Shown here in pieces: positions 1-12,704 of a DNA stretch of 64,000 nucleotides. The translations under genes were made by a program, and so were the position numbers. Origin of the DNA: Dendrobates tinctorius. Taxonomy: Eukaryota. Under the pieces are notes generated by a model. It saw only the letters and a program-made list of their open reading frames with translations. It ran no database searches and was not told the origin of the DNA. The number at the start of each line of letters is the position of its first letter. Position 1 is the first letter of the stretch. The stretch lies in assembly GCF_039654945.1 (NCBI RefSeq), contig NW_027361798.1:3658001-3722000 (forward strand), read 5' to 3'.

Positions 1-1011
1 CTCGGCCCCGGAATCCAGAGTGACCTCTGCCTCCCAGGTGGAGGAAACATTATCTAGGGTACCCCGGAATACCGGCTTAGGCGAAAAGGACTCCATCTGG
101 GACTGGCCACCACCTACAACCATGGAACGGGGTCGTCCCTTCGGCCGCTGAGGACATGTGCCAGCCGTGTGGCCAAAGTGTTGGCAGTGGTAACAGCGCA
201 CGGAGCCCCGCACCTGACGTGGCTTAGTACCGGTGCGAGATACCTCCATGGGCTCGGTGGAGGGAGACTCCTGTGCGAAATGGCTCAGCGGTTCGGTAAA
301 GGTGGGAGCCAGGTTAATTTTACGCCGGGATTGAGTCCTCTCCAACCCGCGCTCCTTGAACCGGAGATCAATACGGGTGGAGACGGTGATCAATTCCTCC
401 AGAGTTGTGGGAATATCTCGGGTAGCTAGAGCATCCTTGACGTGCTCAGCTAGGCTTCTCCAGAACACTGGGACTAATACTTTGTCCGGCCACTCCAGTT
501 CGGAAGCCAATGTCCGAAACCGGACAGCATAATGACTAACCGAGAGTGACCCTTGCGTTAAGGACAACAGGTCGAGAGCCGTATCGTGCGTGACCTGTGG
601 TCCTAAGAAGACCTGCTTCAGAGCCGCGAGGAACTGAGCAGGCCCCTGAACCAGAGGATCATCACGTTCCCACAATGGCGTGGCCCACTGCAATGCCCGG
701 CCAGACAATAAGGAGACAATGAAGCCCACCTTAGCCCGCTCTGTAGGAAACCGTGCAGCCAGCAACTCCAGGTGAATGGAGCACTGACTGACGAATCCCC
801 TACAGGTGGAGCTTTCACCCGAAAACTTATCGGGGAGCGGGAGGGAAGAGATTGTCGGCGAGGGCAAGAGTGTGGGTACACGTGAGACGGCCTCAGCGAC
901 CGTCTGGGCGGCAGCTAGAGCAGCATTCGCAGCTGAGTTGGTGCTCTCGATAGCCGCCAACCTGCTCTCCAGCTGCCGAATGTAGCGCTGCAGCTGCTGC
1001 ACGTCTGCCAT
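1..1011 (-). mobile_element. gag: Ty3/Gypsy chromovirus subfamily A, gag and start of protease (runs off the window edge)
   Basis: Near-identical to 28732..29742 (MADVQQLQRYIRQLE..., CYHCQHFGHTAGTC zinc knuckle, LDSGA protease motif). ATG at 1011. Confidence 0.9.
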
Positions 1012-1027
1012 TGTCAGCCAGACCCTG

Positions 1028-1038
1028 GCGCTAGTGTA
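1028..1038 (-). promoter_or_regulatory. Self-priming-type primer binding site of subfamily A
   Basis: Minus-strand TACACTAGCGC, 1 nt after the LTR end, is the exact complement of GCGCTAGTGTA at 1552-1542 downstream of the LTR TATA box. No TGG tRNA-type PBS. Confidence 0.8.
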
Positions 1039-1039
1039 A

Positions 1040-1930
1040 TGTTATGGTCGGCGGAACGCACCAGATATAAAATAATAAGAGGTGCGTTCGCCGCCCGGGG
1101 TCCACCGTGCGGTAGTTGGTAGGACCGCTGCTGGGCAATGGCAGATGCACCAGAAGGTGAAGTAGTGCGCACGGGTTAATGTCACCCGAACGCTAGGAGC
1201 GGCTCTGTTCAGACACAGAGTCGCTTGCCAGAAATAAATACAAAGGTGCTGGCCCTGTTATCGTCACAGGAGTCAGCGTGTGGCGTCGCAGCCGCGAACA
1301 CCAATAGCTGCTGTTAATGCAGCGCAGCGGCAACTATAGCCGCAAGCGTCGGCGCCGAGGACCGGGCACCGACGGACGCTAGTGTAGGCGAAGCAGCACT
1401 GTGGCGTAGCTTGCCTCTAATTGGTGCTGACCTAAGAACACTCTCTGTCACCAATCGTATTATCCGAGGGAAGGGGTTTCATAATGAGTCAGCCAACAGT
1501 CCATGCATCCGTCACCATTCACACACATAGCAAGATAAGTCTACACTAGCGCATCGCCGAGCCGCCCTGCGGGCTTTTTATAGCGATGCACTTCCGGAAC
1601 CTTCCATTAGCTTGGGAAGTACCAATCAGATCCGACGCAGGACCTGAGCATGTGACCCCTGCTCTCCAGTGAGAGGTCAAGTTGCGGGCATGCCCAGTAG
1701 CACGGCATGAGGACTTAGCCTCAGGAGCGGTTCCCTGCAAAGCAGGTTGCGCTGCCATTGCTGCACCAGAGGTGGCAGCAACATCCAGGCTGCCAGAGCG
1801 AGTCTGAGCAGCAGGCCTGGCTCGCCGTGTTTGCTGAGCAACACCCGGAGCGGTTGAGGAAGAATGGGAGACCGCAGGATGTCTGGCTCTGGATTCCTGC
1901 TGTGCAGTGCCAGGAATCCGACGCTTAACA
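1040..1930 (-). mobile_element. 5' LTR, subfamily A (891 bp)
   Basis: TG...CA termini, minus-strand TATAAAAAG near 1574-1582, adjacent to PBS and gag. Copy at 29771..30661. Confidence 0.9.
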
Positions 1931-4900
1931 CATTTGCTGTGGATGGTGTACAACTTAAATTTCTTCTGGCAATTACTCTGATCTGCTCCCTGTCCACATT
2001 TTCCGCTAAGGTTTTTGTGGATTCAGGAGCGGCTCTGGACCTGATGGACTTGGATTTTGCTAAACGTTGTGGGTTTCCTATGACACCTCTGCGGACGCCT
2101 ATCCCTTTGAGGGGGATTGATGCTACTCCTTTGGCGAAGAATAAACCTCAGTTTTGGACCCAGGTGGTAATGCGGGTCGCCCCAGACCATCAAGAAAATT
2201 GCAGATTTTTGGTGTTGCATAATTTGCATGATACCATTGTTCTGGGATTTCCCTGGTTGCAAATCCATAATCCAGTTTTGGATTGGAAATCTGTGTCTGT
2301 GGTGAGTTGGGGTTGTCGGTGTGCTCTTGGTGACGCTCCTGTTTTCTCCACCTCTCCCCAGTCGCATGATGTTCCTGACTATTTGGCTGATTATTATGAT
2401 GTATTTAGTGAGAATGAGTCTGCGTCTTTGCCTCCTCATAGGAGTTATGACTGTGCAATTGAGCTGAGCCCTGGGTGTAAATTTCCCAAGGGTCGACTTT
2501 TCATTTTATCCGTACCAGAGCACGAGGCTATGCGATCTTATATTAAGGAGTCGTTGGGGAAGGGTCATATCAGACCATCCTCTTCACCCTTGGGTGCTGG
2601 ATTTTTTTCGTGGCCAAGAAAGATGGTTCATTAAGGCCTTGTATTGATTATCGTGCCCTCAACAAAATTACTATTAAATATCAGTATCCGTTACCCCTGA
2701 TTTCTGATCTATTCTCCAAAGTTAAAGGTGCTTGCTGGTTTACCAAGCTTGACCTCAGGGGGGTGTATAATCTTATTCGCATTAAGCAGGGGGATGAATG
2801 GAAGACGGCGTTTAATACTCCGGAGGGACATTTTGAGTACCTGGTGATGCCTTTTGGGCTCATTAATGCCCCTTCTGTCTTCCAGTGCTTCATGAACGAT
2901 ATATTCCAAGACTTTGTGGATAAATTTTTGATCATCTATCTGGATGATATTTTGATCTTTTCCAAGGATTGGGATTCTCATGTGGAACATGTTCAGACTA
3001 TGTTCCAGATTTTGAGGGAGAATTCCCTGTATGTTAAGGGATCGAAATGCCTTTTTGGTGTACAGAGGATTTCATTTTTGGGATTTATTTTGTCTCTGTC
3101 AACTATTGAAATGGACCCAGCCAAGGTACAGGCCATTTATGATTGGGTTCAGCCCACTTCTTTGAAGGCCCTCCAGAAGTTTTTGGGTTTTGCTAATTTT
3201 TATCTTAAATTCATAGCTAATTTTTCTGGTATTGCCAAACCATTGACTGATTTGACTAAGAAGGGTGCTGAATTGGTCTCCAGAGGCTGTTTCTGTTAGG
3301 CGTCGGATTCCCGGCGCTGCACAGCGGGAATCCCGAGCCTTGCCTCCGAGGGTCTCCCATTCCTCCCCAGCCGCAGGGGAGCTTGCTCAGCAAACTCGTC
3401 GGTCCCGGCGCCCTGTCCAGACCAGCTCCGTGGGTTTGCTTGCTGCTGCCACCCCTGGTTCAGCTTTGGTAATGCATGCTGCTCAGCAGCAAGATCCTCC
3501 AGGGACTAAGTCCTCATGTCGGGCCACTGAGCATGCCTGTGGAGTGATCTCCCATTGGAGATCAAAGGTCATGTGCTCAGGTCCTGCTCGTTTTCGGATT
3601 GGCCCATCCGAGAAGCAAGGAGGATCACGGACGCCTGCGGCTATAAAAGGTTCGCATGGCCGCTCGGCCATGCGCTAAGATAGACTCAAATAGTTTGGTG
3701 TGTATGATGATGGATGCATGTATCTGGTGTCTGACTCATTATGAAACCCCTACCCTTTGATACGTCTGTTGTTAGGGTTTAGAGTCTGAGTCAGCGCCTG
3801 CTAGTGGCTAGCCTGTAGGCCACAGTGCATACCGGCCGTCTGCACACTTGCACACGCCATTTATTTGATCCCTGTTGGTATCGCAGTCGCGGTGCCGGGC
3901 GCTAGCGGTCTAGAGGGACTTCAGTCCTGCTGTCTAAGGGCTGAGTCCTGTGACGTTACGCTAGCACTTACTCTGCCGAGCTCTGTGAGCGAAAACAGGC
4001 TACGGCATCTATTATTTGCGGTGGTGCGGCTCTAAGTCATAAGAGTTCGCCTCGGTACACCTTGGGTGAGGTTAACCCCGTGTGTGCCGTTATTGCACCA
4101 GCAGTTAACACCTCTGCACGGTGGACCTCGGGCTGCGAGCGCACCTAAACACCATCTTATTATTTGGTGTGTTCCGCCAGCCCTTAACAGTTTCTTCCTT
4201 TCAGGAGCTGAAGCAGAGGTTCACTTCTGCTCCGGTTTTACGGAAACCTGATGTCTCACTCCCGTTTCAGGTAGAGGTGGACGCTTCTGAGATTGGTGCA
4301 GGAGCTGTGTTGTCCCAAAAAGATCCGGTAACATCTAAAATGTGCTTTCTTTTCCCGAAAGTTCTCCCCATCTGAACGCAACTATGATGTGGGGAATCGG
4401 GAACTGTTAGCCATGAAATGGGCATTTGAGGAGTGGAGACATTGGTTGGAGGGAGCTAGACATCAAGTCGTGGTCCTCACTGACCACAAGAATTTGTTTT
4501 TCCTTGAGTCGGCCAAACGCTTGAATCCTAGACAGGCTAGATGGGCCTTGTTTTTCACACGTTTTGATTTTGTGGTCTCTTTTCTTCCGGGCACTAAGAA
4601 TGTCAAGGCAGACGCCCTCTCTAGGAGTTTCTTTGCTGATTCTCCTATTGTGACCAAGCCTGTTACCATCTTAGGCGAGGGGGTAGTTCTTTCTGCCATC
4701 TCGCCCGATTTGAGACGTGCTCTGGAAGAGTTTCAGGAGGACAAACCTGAGGGTTGTCCCATTGGAAAATTGTATGTTTCTGACCAGTGCAGGAAGAGAG
4801 TGATGTCTGAAGTTCAATGCTCCGCATTGGCTGGTCATCCAGGTATTTTTGGTACTAGAGATTTGGTGAGTCGGTCATTTTGGAGGCCCACCTTATCTCG

Positions 4901-5708
4901 TGATGTCAGGAATTTTGTGCAGTCCTGTGGGACTTGCTCCCGGTCTAAACCTTGTTCTCGCTCTAGTGGGTTGTTGATGCCTTTGCCGATGCCCAGGAGG
5001 CCATGGACCCATATTTCAATGGATTTTATCTCGGATATGCCTGTCTGTCAGAGAATGACTGTTATTTGGGTGATTTGTGATAGATTCTCTAAGATGGTCC
5101 ATCTTGTACCACTCCCTAAGTTGCCATCTTCCTCAGAGTTGGTGCCCTTTTTTTTGCAACAGGTGGTTCGCTTGCATGGGATTCCTGAGAACATTGTATC
5201 TGACAGGAGTTCAGTTTGTCTCTAGATTTTGGAGGACTTTTTGTTCCAAGCTGGGAATTCAGTTGTCCTTCTCCTCTGCGTTTCACCTTCAGACCAATGG
5301 GTAGACGGAGAGAACAAACCAGACTTTGGAGTCGTATTTGAGATGTTTTATATCTGCCGATCAGGATGATTGGGTCTCATTTTTGCCCTTGGCCGAATTT
5401 GCTTTAAATAATAGAGCTAGTTCTGCCACTTTGATGTCACCTTTTTTTTTTGTAACTTTGGGTTTCATCCTCGATTCTCTTCAGGGCAGGTGGAGCCTTC
5501 TGCCTGCCCAGGTGATGACACTGTGGTGGAGAGAATGCACCAGATCTGGGACCAAGTGGTGGATAAGTTGTCTCTCTCCCAGGAAAAGGCCCAGCGGTTT
5601 TCCAACCGGCATAGGACCATTGGTCCCCGGTTTAAGGTGGGTGATATGGTTTGGTTGTCATCAAAGAATACCTCTATGAAGGTGGCTTCTCCAGTTTAAA
5701 CCTAGATA
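1931..5708 (+). pseudogene. pol: Degenerate Gypsy family X pol (PR-RT-RNaseH-IN), interrupted by solo LTR-B
   Basis: VDSGA protease, YLDD RT, DAS / TDHKNL RNase H, GHPG and CGTC zinc finger, MDFI integrase. Several frameshifts and stops. Confidence 0.9.
3294..4189 (+). mobile_element. Solo LTR, subfamily B
   Basis: TGTTAGG...TAACA with a perfect 5-bp TSD, GTTTC (3289-3293 and 4190-4194). Matches LTR 32035..32957. Confidence 0.93.
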
Positions 5709-5710
5709 AC

Positions 5711-5768
5711 CCGATATGAGCACAGCCGTGGCCAAACGTCAACAGGCCGTACTCAAACTAATTTCTTT
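5711..5768 (+). mobile_element. 58-bp hAT transposase fragment at a junction
   Basis: Aligns with 21600..21657 with about 4 mismatches. Confidence 0.75.
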
Positions 5769-5789
5769 ATAATAATTTGTAATAATTTA

Positions 5790-5914
5790 CTAATAGAGGA
5801 TTATACCCACTGTGACGAACAATAATAGAGGATTATACCCATTGTGCCAAGCACTAATAGCAGAGGATTTTTACCCACTGTGCCAGGCACTAATAGAGGA
5901 TTATATTCACTGTG
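5790..5914 (+). repeat. 32-bp minisatellite remnant (about 4 units)
   Basis: TAATAGAGGATTATACCCACTGTGCCA(A/G)GCAC units, as at 13942-15390. Confidence 0.85.
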
Positions 5915-6291
5915 CGTCGCGGTCATTGGCGGTCTGTGAGAAGCGCGATCTTCTTGTCGGACTCACCACAGATCCATCAGGACGTGTCGCCCTTCCTGGG
6001 ACTGTCAGGACAGAGGTCGTCAGTAGCCGCAGTGTTTTATGGTGAAGCGGCTTCTCACTGATGCGTGGGACAGCTCGGCGCCTCCTCCGCTCCCGGGAGA
6101 AAGTTTCCAGTCACCTCCTGTATTCGCTGCACACTCTGCGGCCCATACAGACACTGCGGCAAGAGCTGCTGCGGTATCATCAGGAGCAGACTGCAGTCTC
6201 TGGTGCCCGCAGCACAAGAGCCAAGATCGTGGGTACAGAGCTCTCTATACCGCCCCCGGCGCAGACACCAGTGGGGACCACCGGCCGAGAT

Positions 6292-6330
6292 CAGCTCTGA
6301 TGAGAAGATGTGGGGGATCTTAGAAGAGCC
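6292..6330 (-). terminator. Duplicated, degenerate histone stem-loop plus HDE downstream of H2A
   Basis: Minus strand GGCTCT-TCTA-AGATCC CCCAC...AGAGCTG, with one stem mismatch. Confidence 0.65.
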
Positions 6331-6431
6331 TGGATCCTACAGAATGATCTCTATATACCGCCCGGTGCAGACCCCAGTGTGACCCATCCTCCGAGATCAG
6401 CGGCGTCAGCTCTGGTGGTGAAGGGGTGGGT

Positions 6432-6447
6432 GGCTCTTACAAGAGCC
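6432..6447 (-). terminator. H2A histone 3' stem-loop
   Basis: GGCTCT-TGTA-AGAGCC, then ACCCA and HDE AGAGCTG (6413-6407). Confidence 0.9.
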
Positions 6448-6479
6448 TTTGGTTGTGTAGATGGGATGGGCGGTAGCGC

Positions 6480-7585
<1,106 letters not shown>

Positions 7586-7609
7586 GATCTGCTCCGCCAT
7601 CACGCCAAA

Positions 7610-7625
7610 GGCTCTTCTAAGAGCC
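7610..7625 (+). terminator. H2B histone 3' stem-loop
   Basis: GGCTCT-TCTA-AGAGCC; HDE AGAGCTG at about 7643-7649. Confidence 0.92.
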
Positions 7626-8747
7626 GCCCACCCACTCACTATAGAGCTGCTCCTCCGTGTAGGGCCGTGTCCTCCTCACAGCTGCTCCTGTGTCCTCTCC
7701 TTCCTGAGGTGTCCGGCACCGCCCGGGTCTCTGGTGACAGGATGAATAGATGCTGAGGAGGGCGATGGGCAGAGATTCGGGGCTGGTTTCTGATCTTCTC
7801 ATTTCTGAGGTTGTTGCTTTGTGTTCCGATGACAATTGTGACTCCATAATAATCCGACGCCATTAGCCTAAAGCAGAGGGCGATGAGATCAGTGGGGAAG
7901 CGCCGAGCGCTGCGGTCACATCTGCCGGAGACAGGGAGAGATTCGCGGCTGCGATCAGTCAGGGACACAGTGTCGGCGCCTCCAACAGAGACCAGGAGGA
8001 GGTCGCTGCTCTCTATGGAGCTGCCCCGGGCTCAGTGGGTCCCTGTGATCTCGGGACTCGATGTCGCAGCCCGGGCGGCTCTCTTCCTCCGGACACACTG
8101 CGGTCCTGGCTGCGGCCTCCTCTCTCGGTGCTGCCCCTGTCTTCAGCCCCTGGAGCTCGCACCGCTGTTTGCACTTTGCGATCTATTCTGGGGTTGAGCC
8201 TTGTAACAGGGTGTATGGGCGCTATATCCGGACACAGACCCCTCTGTGCACAGTACAGAGCTCGGAGTGCTGCTGTGAGATGAAGGGAAGGTAACGGCGG
8301 CGGCCGATCAGGGGAGCGATCAGCAGCTCCGGGGAGCAGGACTCTGAGCTCTGCGGGTGCAGCTGCCCCAGACCGGACGGCTCACGTCACAGCGATCTCC
8401 GCTACTAAGCAGAGGGGAATAATCCGAAGGACAGGAAAGGGATTGAGCGGGGAATTCAAAACTATCAACGGGTCTGTGATGAGCCAATGAGAAGTACGCA
8501 GGCGCGACTAATCCCAGAGCCAGGTATGGACTCCTCCGGTTAACTCCTTAGTGACTGTGAGCTGCTCATTTCCCCCTTCTGTATATAAAGCTGCATGGAA
8601 GCAGGAACAGAACCGCTGGATCTACCGATAACGGAACCGGCCAGAATAACGGCCCTCAGACAACTGTGGACTAAGCAGCCCAGATATTACCGAACCGAGG
8701 AGGAAGGAGAAATGGCAGGAAGGAGCTCATCTGTGGGAGGATTTGGT

Positions 8748-8763
8748 GGCTCTGAGAAGAGCC
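8748..8763 (-). terminator. H3 histone 3' stem-loop
   Basis: GGCTCT-TCTC-AGAGCC ACCAA on the minus strand. Confidence 0.92.
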
Positions 8764-8792
8764 TTTGTGTTGTGGTTGGTGCTCGGAAAGAT

Positions 8793-9365
<573 letters not shown>

Positions 9366-9623
9366 TATCGTGAAGCAAACCGCGGCCTCCCGCCCTGTAA
9401 CCCCGCCTCCTCCATGATGCGGCTCTCAGCAGATCGCGCTCATCTCCCGCTGTACAGAATAGAGAAATCCGGTGACGTCATCTCCAGCACAGGAGGAGAC
9501 CTGGAGCAGCCGCCACCGCACTGCCATGACCCCGTGTACACAGCGCTGTACAGTGCAGCTCCCCATTATCACCAGATCACACCCATCCTGACACTGCGCC
9601 CGGATTATCAGCAGCTCATAAAC

Positions 9624-12023
9624 TGCAGAGGAGGCACTGATCATACAGCTCTGCAGTGAGGAGGTGGCACTGATCATACAGCTCTGCAGGGAGGAGGTGG
9701 CACTGATCATACAGCTCTGCAGGGAGGAGGTGGTGGCACTGATCATACAGCTCTGCAGGGAGGAGGTGGCACTGATCATACAGCTCTGCAGGGAGGAGGT
9801 GGTGGCACTGATCATACAGCTCTGCAGGGAGGAGGTAGCAGTGATCATACAGTTCTGCAGGGAGGAGGTGGTGGCACTGATCATACAGCTCTGCAGGGAG
9901 GAGGTGGTGGCACTGATCATACAGCTCTGCAGAGAGGAGGTGGCACTGATCATACAGCTCTGCAGGGAGGAGGTGGCACTGATCATACAGCTCTGCAGAG
10001 AGGAGGTGGCACTGATAATACAGCTCTGCAGGGAGGAGGTGGCACTGATCATACAGCTCTGCAGGGAGGTGGTGGCACTGATAATACAGCTCTGCAGGGA
10101 GGAGGTGGCACTGATAATACAGCTCTGCAGGGAGGAGGTGGCACTGATAATACAGCTCTGCAGGGAGGTGGTGGCACTGATCATACAGCTCTGCAGGGAG
10201 GAGGTGGCACTGATCATACAGCTCTGCAGGGAGGAGGTAGCAGTGATCATACAGTTCTGCAGGGAGGAGGTGGCACTGATCATACAGCTCTGCAGGGAGG
10301 AGGTGGTGGCACTGATCATACAGCTCTGCAGGGAGGAGGTGGCACTGATCATACAGCTCTGCAGGGAGGAGGTGGTGGCACTGATCATACAGCTCTGCAG
10401 GGAGGAGGTAGCAGTGATCATACAGTTCTGCAGGGAGGAGGTGGTGGCACTGATCATACAGCTCTGCAGGGAGGAGGTGGTGGCACTGATCATACAGCTC
10501 TGCAGAGAGGAGGTGGCACTGATCATACAGCTCTGCAGGGAGGAGGTGGCACTGATCATACAGCTCTGCAGGGAGGTGGTGGCCATGATAATACAGCTCT
10601 GCAGAGAGGAGGTGGCACTGATCACACAGCTCTGCAGGGAGGAGGTGGCACTGATAATACAGCTCTGCAGAGAGGAGGTGGCACTGATAATACAGCTCTG
10701 CAGGGAGGAGGTGGCACTGATCATACAGCTCTGCAGGGAGGTGGTGGCACTGATAATACAGCTCTGCAGGGAGGAGGTGGCACTGATAATACAGCTCTGC
10801 AGGGAGGAGGTGGCACTGATAATACAGCTCTGCAGGGAGGTGGTGGCACTGATCATACAGCTCTGCAGGGAGGAGGTGGCACTGATCATACAGCTCTGAA
10901 GGGAGGAGGTGGCACTGATCATACAGCTCTGAAGGGAGGAGGTGGCACTGATCATACAGCTCTGAAGGGAGGAGGTGGCACTGATCATACAGCTCTGCAG
11001 GGAGGTGGTGGCACTGATCATACAGCTCTGTAGGGAGGAGGTGGCACTGATAATACAGCTCTACAGAGAGGAGGTGGCACTGATCACACAGCTCTGCAGG
11101 AAGGAGGTGGTGGCACTGATCATACAGCTCTGCAGGGAGGAGGTGGTGGCACTGATCACACAGCTCTGCAGGGAGGAGGTGGCACTGATCATACAGCTCT
11201 GCAGGGAGGAGGTGGTGGCACTGATCATACAGCTCTGCAGGGAGGAGGTGGTGGCACTGATCATACAGCTCTGCAGGGAGGGGGTGGTGGCACTGATCAT
11301 ACAGCTCTGCAGGGAGGAGGAGGCACTTATCACACAGCTCTGCAGGGAGGAGGTGGCACTGATCATACAGCTCTGCAGGGAGGAGGTTGTGGCACTGATC
11401 ATACAGCTCTGCAGGGAGGAGGAGGAGGCACTGATCACACAGCTCTGCAGGGAGGAGGAGGCACTGATCACACAGCTCTGCAGGGAGGAGGAGGAGGCAC
11501 TGATCACACAGCTCTGCAGGGAGGAGGAGGCACTGATCACACAGCTCTGCAGGGAGGAGGTGGCACTGATCATACAGCTCTGCAGGGAGGAGGTGGCACT
11601 GATCATACAGCTCTGCAGAGAGGAGGTGGTGGCACTGATCATACAGCTCTGCAGGGAGGAGGTTGTGGCACTGATCATACAGCTCTGCAGGGAGGAGGTT
11701 GTGGCACTGATCATACAGCTCTGCAGGGAGGTGGTGGCACTGATCATACAGCTCTGCAGGGAGGAGATGGTGGCACTGATCATACAGCTCTGCAGGGAGG
11801 AGGTGGTGGCACTGATCATACAGCTCTGCAGGGAGGAGGTGGTGGCATTGATCATACAGCTCTGCAAGGAGGAGGTGGTGGCACTGATCATACAGCTCTG
11901 CAGGGAGGAGGTGGTGGCACTGATCATACAGCTCTGCAGGGAGGAAGTGGTGGCACTGATCATACAGCTCTGCAGGGAGGAGGTGGTGCCACTGATCATA
12001 CAGCTCTGCAGGGAGGAGGTGGT
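9624..12023 (-). repeat. 33/36-bp minisatellite (about 70 units) derived from the H1 3'-processing signal
   Basis: Unit ATCAGTGCC(ACC)ACCTCCTCCCTGCAGAGCTGTATG, continuous with the 3' arm of the H1 stem-loop. Confidence 0.95.
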
Positions 12024-12039
12024 GGCTCTGATAAGAGCC
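12024..12039 (-). terminator. H1 histone 3' stem-loop
   Basis: GGCTCT-TATC-AGAGCC ACCAC on the minus strand, 29 nt after the stop codon. Confidence 0.9.
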
Positions 12040-12068
12040 TTTGTGGGATGAGGACAGGGCGGCTCCGC

Positions 12069-12704
12069 TTATTTCTTGGCCGCGGGCTTCTTGGATTTAG
12101 CCACCTTCTTAGCCGGAGTCCTGGCAGCTTTGGGTTTTGCCGCCTTCTTAGCGGGGCTCTTTGTCACCTTCTTGGGCTTCGGAGCGGCCTTCGGCTTCTT
12201 AGGGCTCTTGGCTGCTTTTTTGGCTGCAGCGGGCTTCTTGGCCTTTTTCGGGCTCTTCTTGGCCGCGGTCGGAGCCTTCTTGGGCTTCTTCGGGGATTTG
12301 GCCGCTTTCTTGGCTGCGGGTTTCTTGGCCGCAGCCGCCGGCTTTTTCTTGTCCTTGGTCTCCTGCTTCTTGTTCAGCTTGAATGACCCGGAGGCGCCGC
12401 TGCCCTTTATCTGGAGCAGGGCGCCCTTGGTGACCAGACCCCTGACGGCCAGCTTCAGGCGGCTGTTATTCTTCTCCACATCGTACCCTCCGGCAGCCAG
12501 AGCCTTCTTCAGGGCGGCCAGAGACACCCCGCTGCGCTCCTTGGAGGCGGACACGGCTTTGACTATCAGCTCGGACACGCTGGGGCCGGAGGGCTTCTTG
12601 CTCTTCTTGGCGCTCCCTGCAGCGGATTTCTTTACCTGCTTCTTGGACTTGGCAGCCGGTTCGGCGGGAGGAGGAGGAGCGGCGGCTGGCGCGGTCTCTG
12701 CCAT
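12069..12704 (-). CDS. H1: Linker histone H1 (211 aa)
   Basis: [15 protein letters not shown]..., globular domain [30 protein letters not shown]...[11 protein letters not shown]-rich tail. TATA near 12775-12780 and CCAAT boxes upstream. Confidence 0.97.
   Translation of the reverse strand: MAETAPAAAPPPPAEPAAKSKKQVKKSAAGSAKKSKKPSGPSVSELIVKAVSASKERSGVSLAALKKALAAGGYDVEKNNSRLKLAVRGLVTKGALLQIKGSGASGSFKLNKKQETKDKKKPAAAAKKPAAKKAAKSPKKPKKAPTAAKKSPKKAKKPAAAKKAAKSPKKPKAAPKPKKVTKSPAKKAAKPKAARTPAKKVAKSKKPAAKK

Noticed and set aside
8480-8600. CCAAT plus TATATAAA ahead of the 206-aa ORF antisense to H3
   Set aside because: The TATA is not conserved in the inverted copy, and antisense ORFs are expected from GC-rich histone codons.
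9426-12051. Long repetitive ORFs (ALIIQLCREEV and MISATSSLQSC repeats) on both strands
   Set aside because: A by-product of 33/36-bp units that are multiples of three and lack stops; no promoter or protein-family support.
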